Shown piece after piece: positions 41,093 through 52,802 of a DNA stretch of 64,000 nucleotides. Position 1 is the first letter of the stretch; each line of letters starts with the position of its first letter. The notes beneath the pieces were generated by a model. That model saw only the letters and a program-made list of their open reading frames with translations. It did no database searches and had not been told where the DNA came from. Position numbers and translations under genes: made by a program. Origin of the DNA: Alphaproteobacteria bacterium (GTDB lineage: Bacteria > Pseudomonadota > Alphaproteobacteria > SP197); the NCBI GenBank assembly GCA_965228895.1, contig OZ245842.1, forward strand, positions 4,864,001 to 4,928,000, read 5' to 3'.

Positions 41093-42241
41093 CTATTCGG
41101 TCAGATCCTGCCAAAGCTCCTTCACCTTGGTGAAGAACCCTTCCGATTCCGGATGGTGTTTGGGTTTGCCGGTCGAGGCTTCATCGAACTGCTTCAGCAG
41201 CTCTTTTTGTTTGCTTGTCAAGTGGACCGGGGTCTCGACGACGGTCTCGATCAGCATGTCACCGCGGATGCCGCCACGGACCGGCGTCATGCCCTTGCCG
41301 CGCAACCGGAATTGGCGCCCCGACTGGGTGCCCGACGGAATCGAGAGCTTGGCGAGTTTGCCTTCGATGGTCGGCACCTCGATCGAACCGCCCAACGCCG
41401 CCGTGGTCATCGGGATCGGCACCGGACAAAAGATCGTCGTGCCGTCGCGTTGAAAGATGGCGTGGGGTTTGATCGCGAGAAAGATATAGAGATCGCCAGC
41501 CGGACCGCTGCGCATGCCGGCCTCGCCCTCGCCTGAAAGGCGGATACGCATGCCGTCCTCGACACCTTCCGGGATCGAGACGTTGAGTGTCTTGTCGCGC
41601 TGCACCCGGCCGGTTCCCGAACACGAGCCGCAGGGATCCTGAATGACCTTGCCGGCGCCGCCGCATGACGGGCAGGTGCGTTCGATGGAAAAGAAACCCT
41701 GCTGGGCGCGCACCTTGCCGTAACCGCCACAGGTCTGGCATGACGCCGTCGCATTGGGGTCCTTGGCGCCGCTGCCGTTGCAGGTGTCGCACGAGACGTG
41801 GGTGGGAACACGGATCTTCGCCTGTTTGCCAAGATAGGCCTCTTCGAGCGTGATCTCCATGTTGTAACGCAGGTCGGAGCCGCGCTGACCGCCGTGCTGG
41901 CCACCGCCGCGACGGCGGCCGCCGCCCATGAACTCGCCGAACAGGTCATCGAACACGTCGGCGAAGCTGGAGCTGAAGTCTCCGTGACCCGCGCCGCCGA
42001 ACCCGCCCATGCCGCCCTCGAAGGCGGCGTGACCGAACTGGTCATAGGCGGCGCGTTTCTCGCCGTCCTTCAAGACCTCATAGGCCTCGCTGACTTCCTT
42101 GAACTTGACCTCGGCTTCGCTGTCACCGGGGTTACGGTCGGGGTGATACTGCATGGCGAGCTTGCGGTAAGCCGACTTGAGCTCGCCTGCTTCGACGCTA
42201 CGGGTCACGCCGAGCACTTCGTAATAGTCGCGTTTCGCCAT
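41093..42241 (-). CDS. dnaJ: Chaperone DnaJ
   Basis: J domain with HPD, G/F-rich region, four CxxCxGxG repeats. Confidence 0.98.
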   Translation of the reverse strand: MAKRDYYEVLGVTRSVEAGELKSAYRKLAMQYHPDRNPGDSEAEVKFKEVSEAYEVLKDGEKRAAYDQFGHAAFEGGMGGFGGAGHGDFSSSFADVFDDLFGEFMGGGRRRGGGQHGGQRGSDLRYNMEITLEEAYLGKQAKIRVPTHVSCDTCNGSGAKDPNATASCQTCGGYGKVRAQQGFFSIERTCPSCGGAGKVIQDPCGSCSGTGRVQRDKTLNVSIPEGVEDGMRIRLSGEGEAGMRSGPAGDLYIFLAIKPHAIFQRDGTTIFCPVPIPMTTAALGGSIEVPTIEGKLAKLSIPSGTQSGRQFRLRGKGMTPVRGGIRGDMLIETVVETPVHLTSKQKELLKQFDEASTGKPKHHPESEGFFTKVKELWQDLTE

Positions 42242-42334
42242 CGATCTTCTGCCTGCCCCGAAACGCGCAGCCGCGCCGGGCGAAGATCGCCGGCGCGGCC
42301 TAATGCGCTATTCAGCTAGGCCCAGACATAACGC

Positions 42335-44272
<1,938 letters not shown>

Positions 44273-44364
44273 GTTTTCTCCTGCCTTTCGTGGCGAGTCC
44301 AAGGGGGCCCGCGCTGCGGCGCCCGGGTTAGGACTCCCTACAATTCCTTATTTGCTGGGAGGAG

Positions 44365-44392
44365 ATATAGGGTTATTGCGCAAGCGTACAAG
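44365..44392 (-). promoter_or_regulatory. RpoH (sigma32) promoter of dnaKJ
   Basis: Minus strand reads CTTG-N17-CCTATAT, matching the alphaproteobacterial RpoH consensus. Confidence 0.8.
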
Positions 44393-44537
44393 GGCGATGG
44401 AGGCTGGAAACTCCAGTGTTTGGAGTCACTTGCCCGCATTTTGCATGGTTGACGCGGTATGCCTAAATGTTCTTATTTTGTTCGTGATGTGATAACACCT
44501 CGGTCCTGCCCGCCGGACCATAAGGGAGCGTGACACC

Positions 44538-45362
44538 ATGGCGATCGATCTTGCTGCAAAAACCCAGGCCTTCCGGGCGCTCCACGAAGCACCCGGCTGT
44601 TTCGTCATGCCCAACGCCTGGGACATCGCCAGCGTTCGCCTGTTGTCGACGGCAGGCCTCAAGGCCCTGGCGACGACCAGCGCGGGCCTCAACTACGCTC
44701 AAGGACGCCCGGACGGGCCGGACGGCGCGTCGCGCGGCGATGTACTCGCCGCCTATGGCGCGATCGCGCGCGCGACCGACCTGCCGGTCAACGGTGATTT
44801 GGAGAACGGCTATGGCCATCGCCCCGAGGACGTCGCGGAAACCATTCGCTTGTCTATTGCCGAAGGTATGGCCGGCGGCGGAATCGAGGACTTTACCGGC
44901 GACTTCAAGGACCCGTTCTATGATATCGAGCTCGCCGTCGAGCGCATCGCCGCGGCCCGCGAAGCGGCGGATGCCAGCGGCTTCGTGCTGACCGCGCGCG
45001 CGGAGTGTTTTCTTTATGGCCACGGTGACCCGCTGAACGAATCAATCAAGCGGCTCAACCGCTATCGCGAGGCCGGCGCCGATTGCCTTTACGCGCCCGG
45101 CCCGACCGATGATGCGGCGGTCAAGCGCCTGGTCGACGAGGTCGACGGACCGATCAACATCGTGGTCGGTCAGGGCGGCGGCGCATCGCGTGACAAGATG
45201 GCAGCGATGGGGGTCAAACGCATCTCGACTGGCGGCAGCCTCTATCGCGCGACCTGCAAGCTGGTCATGGATGCGGCAGCGGAAATGGCCTGCGACGGGA
45301 CCTTCGGCTACCTCGCCAACGTCATTCCCGACGGCGACGTCCAGCGCATCGTGACCGGCTGA
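44538..45362 (+). CDS. Isocitrate lyase / PEP mutase family protein
   Basis: F.ALH, MPNAWD, ALATTSAG, PVNGDLENGYG, IED, LTARAE, GADCLYAPG. Confidence 0.88.
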   Translation: MAIDLAAKTQAFRALHEAPGCFVMPNAWDIASVRLLSTAGLKALATTSAGLNYAQGRPDGPDGASRGDVLAAYGAIARATDLPVNGDLENGYGHRPEDVAETIRLSIAEGMAGGGIEDFTGDFKDPFYDIELAVERIAAAREAADASGFVLTARAECFLYGHGDPLNESIKRLNRYREAGADCLYAPGPTDDAAVKRLVDEVDGPINIVVGQGGGASRDKMAAMGVKRISTGGSLYRATCKLVMDAAAEMACDGTFGYLANVIPDGDVQRIVTG

Positions 45363-45475
45363 CCACCCGTGTCATCCGCATGTTGGTATCATCGCCCTGC
45401 GCCCCCACCTAGTGTCCCAGCCGGCGCGTGCCGGAGCAAAAAATGCTGGGGCAGTTTGATCGGCCGGAGGTTCTG

Positions 45476-46240
45476 TTGAGTATCTGGGGAAAGATTGTCG
45501 GCGGTGCCATCGGCTTTGGCATCGGCGGGCCGATTGGCGCGTTGATCGGCGTGGCCGCCGGTCATTTCGCCGTCGACAAACAACGCCGCGGCGCCGATCG
45601 CCCGCGCCTGGAGAACCACTCGCCGTGGTCCCACGAGGCGCGCCAGGTCGCGTTCACGGTCGCGGTCATCGCGCTGACCGCCAAGCTTGCGAAGGCCGAC
45701 GGCCAGGTCACCCGCGACGAAGTGGCCGCGTTGAAGCGCGTCGTCCGCATCCCGCCCGAGGCGTCCGCGCAGGTCGGCGCGATCTTCAACAAGGCCAAAG
45801 ACGACGCCACGGGCTATGAACCCTATGCGCGCCAGATTGCCTCGATCATGGCCGGCAACCGTCAGATGCTTGAGGAACTGCTTGCCGCGCTCTTGATGAT
45901 CGCCCATGCGGACGGCACCTATCATCAGGCCGAGCGCGACTACATTGCGTCGGTCGCCCGCATCTTCGGGTTCAGCGCAGCGGATCTACACCGCATCGAA
46001 AGCACCTTTGTCGCCGGCGGCGGCGCACCGGAAACCGATCCCTACGAGATCCTCGGCATCAAAGCTTCGGCCAGCGACCAAGAGGTCAAGTCGGCCTATC
46101 GCACGCTGTTGCGCGAGAACCACCCGGACACGCTGATCGCCCAGGGCCTGCCGGAAGATTTCATCGAGGTCGCCAACAAAAAGATGGCGGAAATCAACGC
46201 CGCCTATGACCGGGTCAAGGCCGAACGCGGCATCAGCTAG
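45476..46240 (+). CDS. djlA: DjlA-like co-chaperone (TM + TerB-like + C-terminal J domain)
   Basis: SIWGKIVGG..GF.IGGPIGA, AKLAKADG.V, DPYEILG...HPD. TTG start with GGAGG RBS. Confidence 0.85.
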   Translation: MSIWGKIVGGAIGFGIGGPIGALIGVAAGHFAVDKQRRGADRPRLENHSPWSHEARQVAFTVAVIALTAKLAKADGQVTRDEVAALKRVVRIPPEASAQVGAIFNKAKDDATGYEPYARQIASIMAGNRQMLEELLAALLMIAHADGTYHQAERDYIASVARIFGFSAADLHRIESTFVAGGGAPETDPYEILGIKASASDQEVKSAYRTLLRENHPDTLIAQGLPEDFIEVANKKMAEINAAYDRVKAERGIS

Positions 46241-46293
46241 GGCGAGGCGGTACGAATTGATCGCACCCTCACCCTCCCACCGCTATCGCGCGA

Positions 46294-46377
46294 CCCCTCA
46301 CCCCGGCCCTCTCCTCAAGGGGAGAGGGATGCGAAGGCTTAGGCGCGTCAGCGCCCTAGCCGGAGCTGGGTGAGGGG
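46294..46377. repeat. REP-like CCCCTCACCC...CCCTCTCC/GGAGAGGG palindromic unit
   Basis: CCCCTCACCCCGGC pairs with GCTGGGTGAGGGG and encloses CCCTCTCC-tcaagg-GGAGAGGG. Lies between convergent djlA and grpE. Confidence 0.65.
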
Positions 46378-46409
46378 GGTCGGCACGGCTTGCGCCGACG
46401 CAGATGAAA

Positions 46410-47069
46410 TCAGGCCGGTTTCTTTGCGACGCCGACCATGGCCGGGCGCAGCAGGCGATCGCCGATGGTGTAGCCGGTGCGCAGCACCTGGACCACGGTG
46501 CCCGGTTCCGCGTCGGCGTCTTCGACCTCGAACATCGCCTGATGCAGGTTGTGGTCGAACTTCTCGCCCATCGGGTCGATCTGCTTGATGCCGTGACGGT
46601 CGAGCACCGTCGCCAATTCCTTGGCGGTCAGGTCGACGCCCTCGACGAGGCCTTTGACCGCGTCGTTCTGGCGGAGTTCGTCGTCGACCGCATCGAGCGC
46701 GCGCGCCATGTTGTCGGCGACACCCAACATATCTTCGGCGAACTTGGTCACCGCGTACTTGCGGGCGTCTTCACGTTCGCGCTCGGCCCGTTTCCTGAGG
46801 TTTTCGGTGTCGGCAACCGCGCGCAACAGCCGATCGGTCAGATCCGAAACCTGCGCTTCAAGCTCAGCTTCGCGATCGAGGTCATCGACATCGTCAAACT
46901 CGTCGAACTCTCCGGGCTCTTCCGGCTGCACATCGTTCTCCGGCTCGATCCGGCCATTGTGATCCGGTTCGTTCCGCGTCGCGTCGTCGGGCTTCGCCGC
47001 CGGACCGCCATCGTCGTTGGCGGGGTCGAACATGTTGAGCTTGGGCTCTTGTTTCTTACCGTCGTTCAT
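46410..47069 (-). CDS. grpE: Nucleotide exchange factor GrpE
   Basis: LRAVAD.ENLRKR, FDHNLHQAM, GYTIGDRLLRPAMVGV. Confidence 0.96.
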   Translation of the reverse strand: MNDGKKQEPKLNMFDPANDDGGPAAKPDDATRNEPDHNGRIEPENDVQPEEPGEFDEFDDVDDLDREAELEAQVSDLTDRLLRAVADTENLRKRAEREREDARKYAVTKFAEDMLGVADNMARALDAVDDELRQNDAVKGLVEGVDLTAKELATVLDRHGIKQIDPMGEKFDHNLHQAMFEVEDADAEPGTVVQVLRTGYTIGDRLLRPAMVGVAKKPA

Positions 47070-47108
47070 ACGTCATCGTTCCAAACTGTGTTCTCTTGTC
47101 GCGGGCGA

Positions 47109-48152
47109 TCAGCCCAGCAGGCGGCCGACCACCTTGGCGGTGTAGTCGACCATGGGAATAATGCGGGCATAGTTCATGCGCGTCGGACCAATAATACCGA
47201 GCGCGCCGACAAACCCGCCATCGTTGTCGGAGATCGGCGCCACGATCGTCGAGCAGCCGGACAACTGAAAGAGTTCGTTGTCGGCGCCGATAAAGATACA
47301 GACGCCGTCCGCATCGTGGGTCAGTTCCAACAGGCGTTCCATATGGCGTGCCTGATCCAGTTTGTCGAACAATTCGCGAATGCGCTCGAGATCGCTCAAC
47401 ACACTGACATCGTTCAACAGGTTCGCCTGGCCCTTGACGATCAGGGTCGAGCGATCTTCGGCGTCGGTGTCGTTCGACCAGGTCGCCAACCCCTCTTCGA
47501 CCACCTTTTGGGTCAGCGCGTCGAGCTCGGCCTCGTGGCGCGTCAGTTCGTTCACGATGTGGGTTCTGGCCTCGTCGAGCGATCGACCGGCGACCCTGGC
47601 ATTCAGGTAGTTGCCGGCGCGCGTCAGAATCGCCGGGGTGATGCCGGGCGGCAATTCGATGATGCGGTTCTCAACCGCGCCATCCTCGTGCACCACAACA
47701 ACCAGCGCGCGGTCGGGCGCCAGCGAAACAAACTCGACCTGGCGGAACGGGGCTTCTTTCTTCGGCGCGATGACGACACCGGCATGGCTCGACAGGCCGG
47801 ACAACAGGCCGGTGGCCTGGCCCACCAGATCGTCGAACTGATGGCCCGCCTCCTCACATGCCGCCTCGATCGCCAGCCGTTCATCCGGCGACAAGTCGCC
47901 AAGCTGCAACAGGGCGTCGACATAAAGCCTGAGCCCGGTCTCGGTCGGCAGACGCCCGGCGCTTGTATGGGGTGATTCCAAGAGGCCGACCTCTTCCAGA
48001 TCGGCCATGACATTGCGCACGGAAGCCGGCGACAGGGATGTGGTCAGCCGGCGCGAGATCGTGCGCGAGCCAACGGGTTCGCCCGTCTTGACGTATTCAT
48101 CGACGATGATGCGGAAAATTTCCCGCGATCGCTCGTTCAGTTCCTGGATCAT
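47109..48152 (-). CDS. hrcA: Heat-inducible transcription repressor HrcA
   Basis: [47 protein letters not shown]. Confidence 0.96.
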   Translation of the reverse strand: MIQELNERSREIFRIIVDEYVKTGEPVGSRTISRRLTTSLSPASVRNVMADLEEVGLLESPHTSAGRLPTETGLRLYVDALLQLGDLSPDERLAIEAACEEAGHQFDDLVGQATGLLSGLSSHAGVVIAPKKEAPFRQVEFVSLAPDRALVVVVHEDGAVENRIIELPPGITPAILTRAGNYLNARVAGRSLDEARTHIVNELTRHEAELDALTQKVVEEGLATWSNDTDAEDRSTLIVKGQANLLNDVSVLSDLERIRELFDKLDQARHMERLLELTHDADGVCIFIGADNELFQLSGCSTIVAPISDNDGGFVGALGIIGPTRMNYARIIPMVDYTAKVVGRLLG

Positions 48153-48209
48153 CAGCCCAATCTTCGCCCGCTCGTCAGCCGGCAACAGAACACCGATACG
48201 GCGCAGATC

Positions 48210-48238
48210 ATGTAGGGCGACGGCCGCTCAGCGTCAAC
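48210..48238 (-). promoter_or_regulatory. Possible RpoH-type promoter of hrcA-grpE
   Basis: Minus strand reads GTTG-N18-CCTACAT, a near match to the dnaK promoter motif. Confidence 0.45.
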
Positions 48239-48358
48239 GGCACACACTCTGACGCTAAATTGCGTCTTTTCCGAGTGTCTGACGTCACGGGTTCGCTTTA
48301 CCTTGGCAGAAAAGACGCTAGGTTGGCGCGCTTCTCTCAAACCCTTGAGGCCCATCGC

Positions 48359-49078
48359 ATGAATCGTCCGTCGGGGCGCGCCAAAGACCAGTTGCGCGCG
48401 ATTGTTCTGGAGACCGGTTTTTCCAAGCACGCCGAAGGCTCGTGCCTGGCCCGTTTCGGCGATACCCACGTGCTGTGCACGGCGAGCGTCGAAGAGCGGG
48501 TGCCGCCTTGGTTGCGGGACCAGGGACGCGGCTGGGTCACGGCCGAGTACGGCATGCTGCCGCGCGCCACCAACACCCGAACCGACCGCGAGGCCACGCG
48601 CGGCAAACAGTCCGGCAGGACCCAGGAAATCCAGCGTCTGATTGGCCGCAGCATGCGCGCGGTGACCGACCTGAAGGCGCTCGGCGAGCGTCAGGTGCGG
48701 CTCGACTGCGATGTCATCCAGGCCGATGGCGGCACGCGGACCGCGGCCATTACCGGCGGCTACGTCGCGCTCCACGTGGCGATGCAGGGCCTGGTCGACC
48801 AGGGCCTCCTGAGTGAGCTTCCGCTGATCGGCCAGGTCGCCGCCATCTCGTGCGGTATCTGGCAGGACCAAGGAGTCCTTGACCTGGACTATGCCGAGGA
48901 CAGCACGGCGGAGGCCGATGCCAACTTCGTCATGACCGGCGATAGCGGGCTGGTCGAGGTGCAGGCGACCGCCGAGGCCGATCCGTTTTCGCGCCAGGCT
49001 TTTGTCGAACTGCTCGACCTCGCGACCGCCGGCATTGCCGAACTGACCGCGATCCAGCGCCAGGCGCTCGGACTCTGA
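48359..49078 (+). CDS. rph: Ribonuclease PH
   Basis: [58 protein letters not shown]. Confidence 0.97.
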   Translation: MNRPSGRAKDQLRAIVLETGFSKHAEGSCLARFGDTHVLCTASVEERVPPWLRDQGRGWVTAEYGMLPRATNTRTDREATRGKQSGRTQEIQRLIGRSMRAVTDLKALGERQVRLDCDVIQADGGTRTAAITGGYVALHVAMQGLVDQGLLSELPLIGQVAAISCGIWQDQGVLDLDYAEDSTAEADANFVMTGDSGLVEVQATAEADPFSRQAFVELLDLATAGIAELTAIQRQALGL

Positions 49079-49082
49079 CACC

Positions 49083-49673
49083 ATGGCCCTTATCTGGCCC
49101 GACAGCCTGGTCATCGCCAGCCACAACGAAGGCAAAGTAGCCGAGATAAGGGAGCTGCTGGCCGGTCTGGGCGGCGATGTCGTCTCGGCGGCGGAACTCG
49201 ATCTCGACGAGCCGGAAGAAACCGGCGACAGCTTTGAGGCCAACGCGCTCCTGAAAGCCCACGCCGCCGTCAAGGGTTCCGGCTTGCCGGTGCTGGCGGA
49301 TGATTCCGGCCTTGCCGTCGAGGCCCTTGGCGGCGCGCCCGGTATCAGAAGCGCGCGCTGGGCCGGGCCCGACCGCGACTTCAGCGCCGCGATGGCGCGC
49401 GTCGAACGTGAACTCGCGGACCACACCAATCGCCGGGCCGCCTTCGTCTGCGTCCTCGCCATCGCTTGGCCCGGCGGCGAAGCCCATTGTTTCGAGGGTC
49501 GCATCGAAGGCACGCTGACCTTTCCGCCCCGGGGCGATCGCGGTTTCGGCTACGACCCCATCTTCATCCCGGACGGCTACGCCATCACATTCGGCGAAAT
49601 GGATCCGACGGAAAAAACCGCCATCAGCCACCGCGCGCTGGCGTTCGCCAAACTGGTCGCCGCGTTCGCCTAG
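49083..49673 (+). CDS. rdgB: dITP/XTP pyrophosphatase (RdgB/HAM1)
   Basis: [35 protein letters not shown]. Confidence 0.96.
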   Translation: MALIWPDSLVIASHNEGKVAEIRELLAGLGGDVVSAAELDLDEPEETGDSFEANALLKAHAAVKGSGLPVLADDSGLAVEALGGAPGIRSARWAGPDRDFSAAMARVERELADHTNRRAAFVCVLAIAWPGGEAHCFEGRIEGTLTFPPRGDRGFGYDPIFIPDGYAITFGEMDPTEKTAISHRALAFAKLVAAFA

Positions 49674-49679
49674 AGACAG

Positions 49680-50567
49680 CTATCCATCGGCTCGGGCGGC
49701 GTGGAGCATGGAGAGAAGCGCTTTGACCAGCGTGTCTTCGAGGGTCGAGAGTTCACCCGTCCTGGCGAAGATGCCGAACTCAAGATCCGGCGGTGGCGGC
49801 AGACCATCGAACTCGGTGAGCACCCGCATGGCCGGGCGGTGCGCGTCGCGGACGAGATTGCCGATACCGAGCCCGGCTTCGATCGCGGCGACCTTCGACT
49901 CAACCGTGTCGGTGCCGTAGGCGATCGTCCAACGCAGCCCTCTGTCCTGAAGCCGTTCGAGAATGCGTTGTTCCCAGGAAATCAACGAATCATCTTCTTC
50001 GCCGACGATCATCACCAACGGCAGCGGCCGTGAGAGATCGAGCTGGAAGTCCGCGCCGGCCACCCACTGATAGGTCTCGCGCCAACACGAAAGCGGCCTG
50101 AGCGTCGTGAACTCGGTTGCCGCGAGCGCCAGATCCAAGGCGCCTTTCCTGAGCAGGCCCTCCAGCTTCGGGCTGTGCGAGACGACCACCCGCATGGTCA
50201 GGTGCCGCCGGACATCGGAAAACTCGCGCAGCAGTTTAGGCAGGCGGCCCAACGCGAAGTCGGGCGCCAGGCCAAGCCGCACCGACGCCGGCAGACTCTC
50301 TCCGTGCAGCTTTTCGTTCAGCTCGTGGCACAAACGAAGCATTTGCTCGGCATGGTCGGCAACGACGCGGCCTTGGCGTGTCAACGTCACGCCCCGGGCG
50401 TGGCGGTCAAGCAGCCGGTGGCCGAATCTGTCTTCCAGTTTGGCGATCTGGATGCTGATCGCCGATTGCGACAACAGCAGTTCGCCCGACGCCTCGCTCA
50501 TGGAGCCGCGGCGCGCGACGACCAACAGGGTATGCAGATAGTCGAGGTCCGGCAGCGGGTCCCGCAT
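49680..50567 (-). CDS. LysR family transcriptional regulator
   Basis: LDYLHTL..VA..GSMSEA...L.LSQSAIS.QI..LE HTH plus substrate-binding domain. Start set at the ATG at 50567. Confidence 0.92.
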   Translation of the reverse strand: MRDPLPDLDYLHTLLVVARRGSMSEASGELLLSQSAISIQIAKLEDRFGHRLLDRHARGVTLTRQGRVVADHAEQMLRLCHELNEKLHGESLPASVRLGLAPDFALGRLPKLLREFSDVRRHLTMRVVVSHSPKLEGLLRKGALDLALAATEFTTLRPLSCWRETYQWVAGADFQLDLSRPLPLVMIVGEEDDSLISWEQRILERLQDRGLRWTIAYGTDTVESKVAAIEAGLGIGNLVRDAHRPAMRVLTEFDGLPPPPDLEFGIFARTGELSTLEDTLVKALLSMLHAARADG

Positions 50568-50573
50568 GATCGT

Positions 50574-50594
50574 GATATTATAAACATTAATATC
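50574..50594. promoter_or_regulatory. LysR binding box (T-N11-A inverted repeat)
   Basis: GATATTA-TAAACAT-TAATATC perfect inverted repeat in a very AT-rich divergent spacer. Confidence 0.7.
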
Positions 50595-50682
50595 TTCTTT
50601 TGAATATTTGAATTTGATCAATGCCTTGGGTCCGCGCCAAGCTCTGAAAGCGCGGTTGGTCCGACAGATCGGAGATCACGGC

Positions 50683-51540
50683 ATGGCAATGGCAAGGTTT
50701 GGACGAGACGCCAGCCAGGACGCCATCCTGGCCTCGCTTCATCGGGACGGGGTGGTCGTTCTGGATCACCTGATTGCCGGCGATGTTGTCGATCGGCTCA
50801 TCGACGATGTGCAGCCGGAGCTCGACCGGACACCGGCGGCCGGTGGCGAATTTTTTGGCGGCGCCATGAAACGGGTGCATGGCCTCGCCGCCAAGTCATC
50901 CGCCGCCGGCGATATCATCGCCGACCCCATGCTTGGCGCGCTGGCTGACGCGGTCCTGCTGGACAACTGCAAGGCCTATCAGGTCCAGGTTCTGGGCATA
51001 CTGCAGGTCTGGCAAGGCGGCCAGCTGCAGCCCCTGCATCGCGATACCGGCGTCTACCAGCCATATGTCGAACTTGAACCCGGCGATAAGGAAATCCTGT
51101 TGTCGTTTATTGTCGCCGGGACGGATTTCACGGCCGAGAACGGTGCGACCCGCATGGTGCCCGGCAGCCACACGTGGCCGCGCGACCGCACGGCGACCGA
51201 GGACGAGGTCGTCCTGGCGGAGATGGCCAAGGGCTCGGTTGTGGTCTGGCTGGGATCGCTGCTGCACGGTGCCGGCATCAACCAGACCGACACACCCCGC
51301 TCGGCCATCGTCTCCGGTTTCTCGGTCGGCTGGCTGCGCCAGGAGGAGAACCAGTATCTCTCCTGCCCGCCCGACAAGGCCGCCGACCTGCCGCCGCGGG
51401 TCCAGCAGCTTCTGGGCTATCGCGCCCACACGCCCGTGCTCGGCTGGTCCGAGGACCGCGACCCCGAACTTTTGCTCGGCCCGCGCAAGGCCAATCACGA
51501 AGCCGAAGGCTATGACGCCCAGGACCTGCAGAACGTCTAG
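50683..51540 (+). CDS. Phytanoyl-CoA dioxygenase (PhyH)-family Fe(II)/2OG dioxygenase
   Basis: QPLHRD (HxD), DFTAENGATR.VPGSH.W, LLHGAG.N...PR, GWLRQEENQY. Confidence 0.9.
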   Translation: MAMARFGRDASQDAILASLHRDGVVVLDHLIAGDVVDRLIDDVQPELDRTPAAGGEFFGGAMKRVHGLAAKSSAAGDIIADPMLGALADAVLLDNCKAYQVQVLGILQVWQGGQLQPLHRDTGVYQPYVELEPGDKEILLSFIVAGTDFTAENGATRMVPGSHTWPRDRTATEDEVVLAEMAKGSVVVWLGSLLHGAGINQTDTPRSAIVSGFSVGWLRQEENQYLSCPPDKAADLPPRVQQLLGYRAHTPVLGWSEDRDPELLLGPRKANHEAEGYDAQDLQNV

Positions 51541-51580
51541 GACCGTCCGGCAAATCTAGGTTCCCTGCGCCGGCTCGGTT

Positions 51581-52789
51581 ATGGTCGCGCCGATGACGGC
51601 CCTGCCCGAAACCAGTCAAGCGTATCTGAACGACGCCGATGATCCCGGCTTCGGCATCTATGTGCACTGGCCGTTCTGTGAATCAAAGTGTCCGTACTGC
51701 GATTTCAACAGCCATGTGCGAGAGGCCGTCGACGACGAGCGCTGGGCACGCGCCTTGGCGGCCGAGATTGATTTCATGGCGGCGCTGGCACCAGGGCGCA
51801 CGGTCGACAGCGTCTTCTTCGGTGGCGGCACGCCGTCGTTGATGACCGTGTCAACGGTCGAGACCGCACTGGACAGCATCGCGAAACGCTGGCCGCTGGC
51901 CGGCGATGTCGAAATCACGCTGGAAGCCAATCCCGGGTCCGTCGAGGCCGGCCGGTTCGCCGGCTATGCAGCAGCCGGTGTCAACCGCCTGTCGATCGGC
52001 GTCCAGGCGCTGGATGACGACGCCTTGCGTCTGCTGGGACGCCGTCACAACGTGGCCGAAGCCCTGCGCGCGCTGGACCTCGCCAACCAAAGCGTCAAGC
52101 GGACCAGCTTCGACCTGATCTATGCGCGGCCCGGTCAGACACCCGACCAGTGGCAGGCGGAATTGGAACGCGCTCTCGGTTTCGGCACCGAGCATCTCTC
52201 GCTCTATCAACTGACGCTTGAGCAGGGCACCCGCTTCTGGACGCTCGCCCAGCGCGGCGAGCTCGTCGTGCCCGACGACGACCACGCCGCCGACCTCTAT
52301 GCGCTGACCCAGACGATGACCGCGGCGGCGGGCCGGCCGGCCTATGAAATCTCCAACCACGCCCGGCCTGGCGCGGAAAGCCGTCACAACCTGATCTATT
52401 GGCAGTCCGGCGACTGGGTCGGCGTTGGACCGGGCGCCCATGGCCGCATGACAAAGGACGGTCTCACCGTGGCGCGTCGCCAGGAGAAAGTACCGGAGAC
52501 GTGGCTCAGCGCCGTTGAAACGCGCGGCGACGCCACCGCCGAAGTCCTTGAGATCGGCCAGCGCGAACGCATCGAGGAAGTCCTGATGATGGGACTGAGA
52601 CTGACCGGCGGTCTCTCCGACGCGACGATACGCCGGGCGGCCGGGGTCGGCTTGGATCAGGCGGTCGCGCCGGAACGGCGTGCGCGTCTTATCGCCTCAG
52701 GCCACCTGGAACCACGGGATGATGCGCTATGTCTGACACCCCAGGGCCAGCCGTTGCTGAACAGTGTGCTGCGACAACTGTTGGTCTGA
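51581..52789 (+). CDS. hemW: Radical SAM heme chaperone HemW (HemN-like)
   Basis: YVHWPFCESKCPYCDFNSH, FGGGTPS, HLSLYQLT.E, YEISN, HNLIYW. Confidence 0.93.
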   Translation: MVAPMTALPETSQAYLNDADDPGFGIYVHWPFCESKCPYCDFNSHVREAVDDERWARALAAEIDFMAALAPGRTVDSVFFGGGTPSLMTVSTVETALDSIAKRWPLAGDVEITLEANPGSVEAGRFAGYAAAGVNRLSIGVQALDDDALRLLGRRHNVAEALRALDLANQSVKRTSFDLIYARPGQTPDQWQAELERALGFGTEHLSLYQLTLEQGTRFWTLAQRGELVVPDDDHAADLYALTQTMTAAAGRPAYEISNHARPGAESRHNLIYWQSGDWVGVGPGAHGRMTKDGLTVARRQEKVPETWLSAVETRGDATAEVLEIGQRERIEEVLMMGLRLTGGLSDATIRRAAGVGLDQAVAPERRARLIASGHLEPRDDALCLTPQGQPLLNSVLRQLLV

Positions 52790-52802
52790 ATGGTCAGGAG
52801 AT

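Noticed and set aside
44273-48260. CIRCE operator near hrcA, grpE or dnaK
   Set aside because: No TTAGCACTC-N9-GAGTGCTAA match seen in these intergenic regions.
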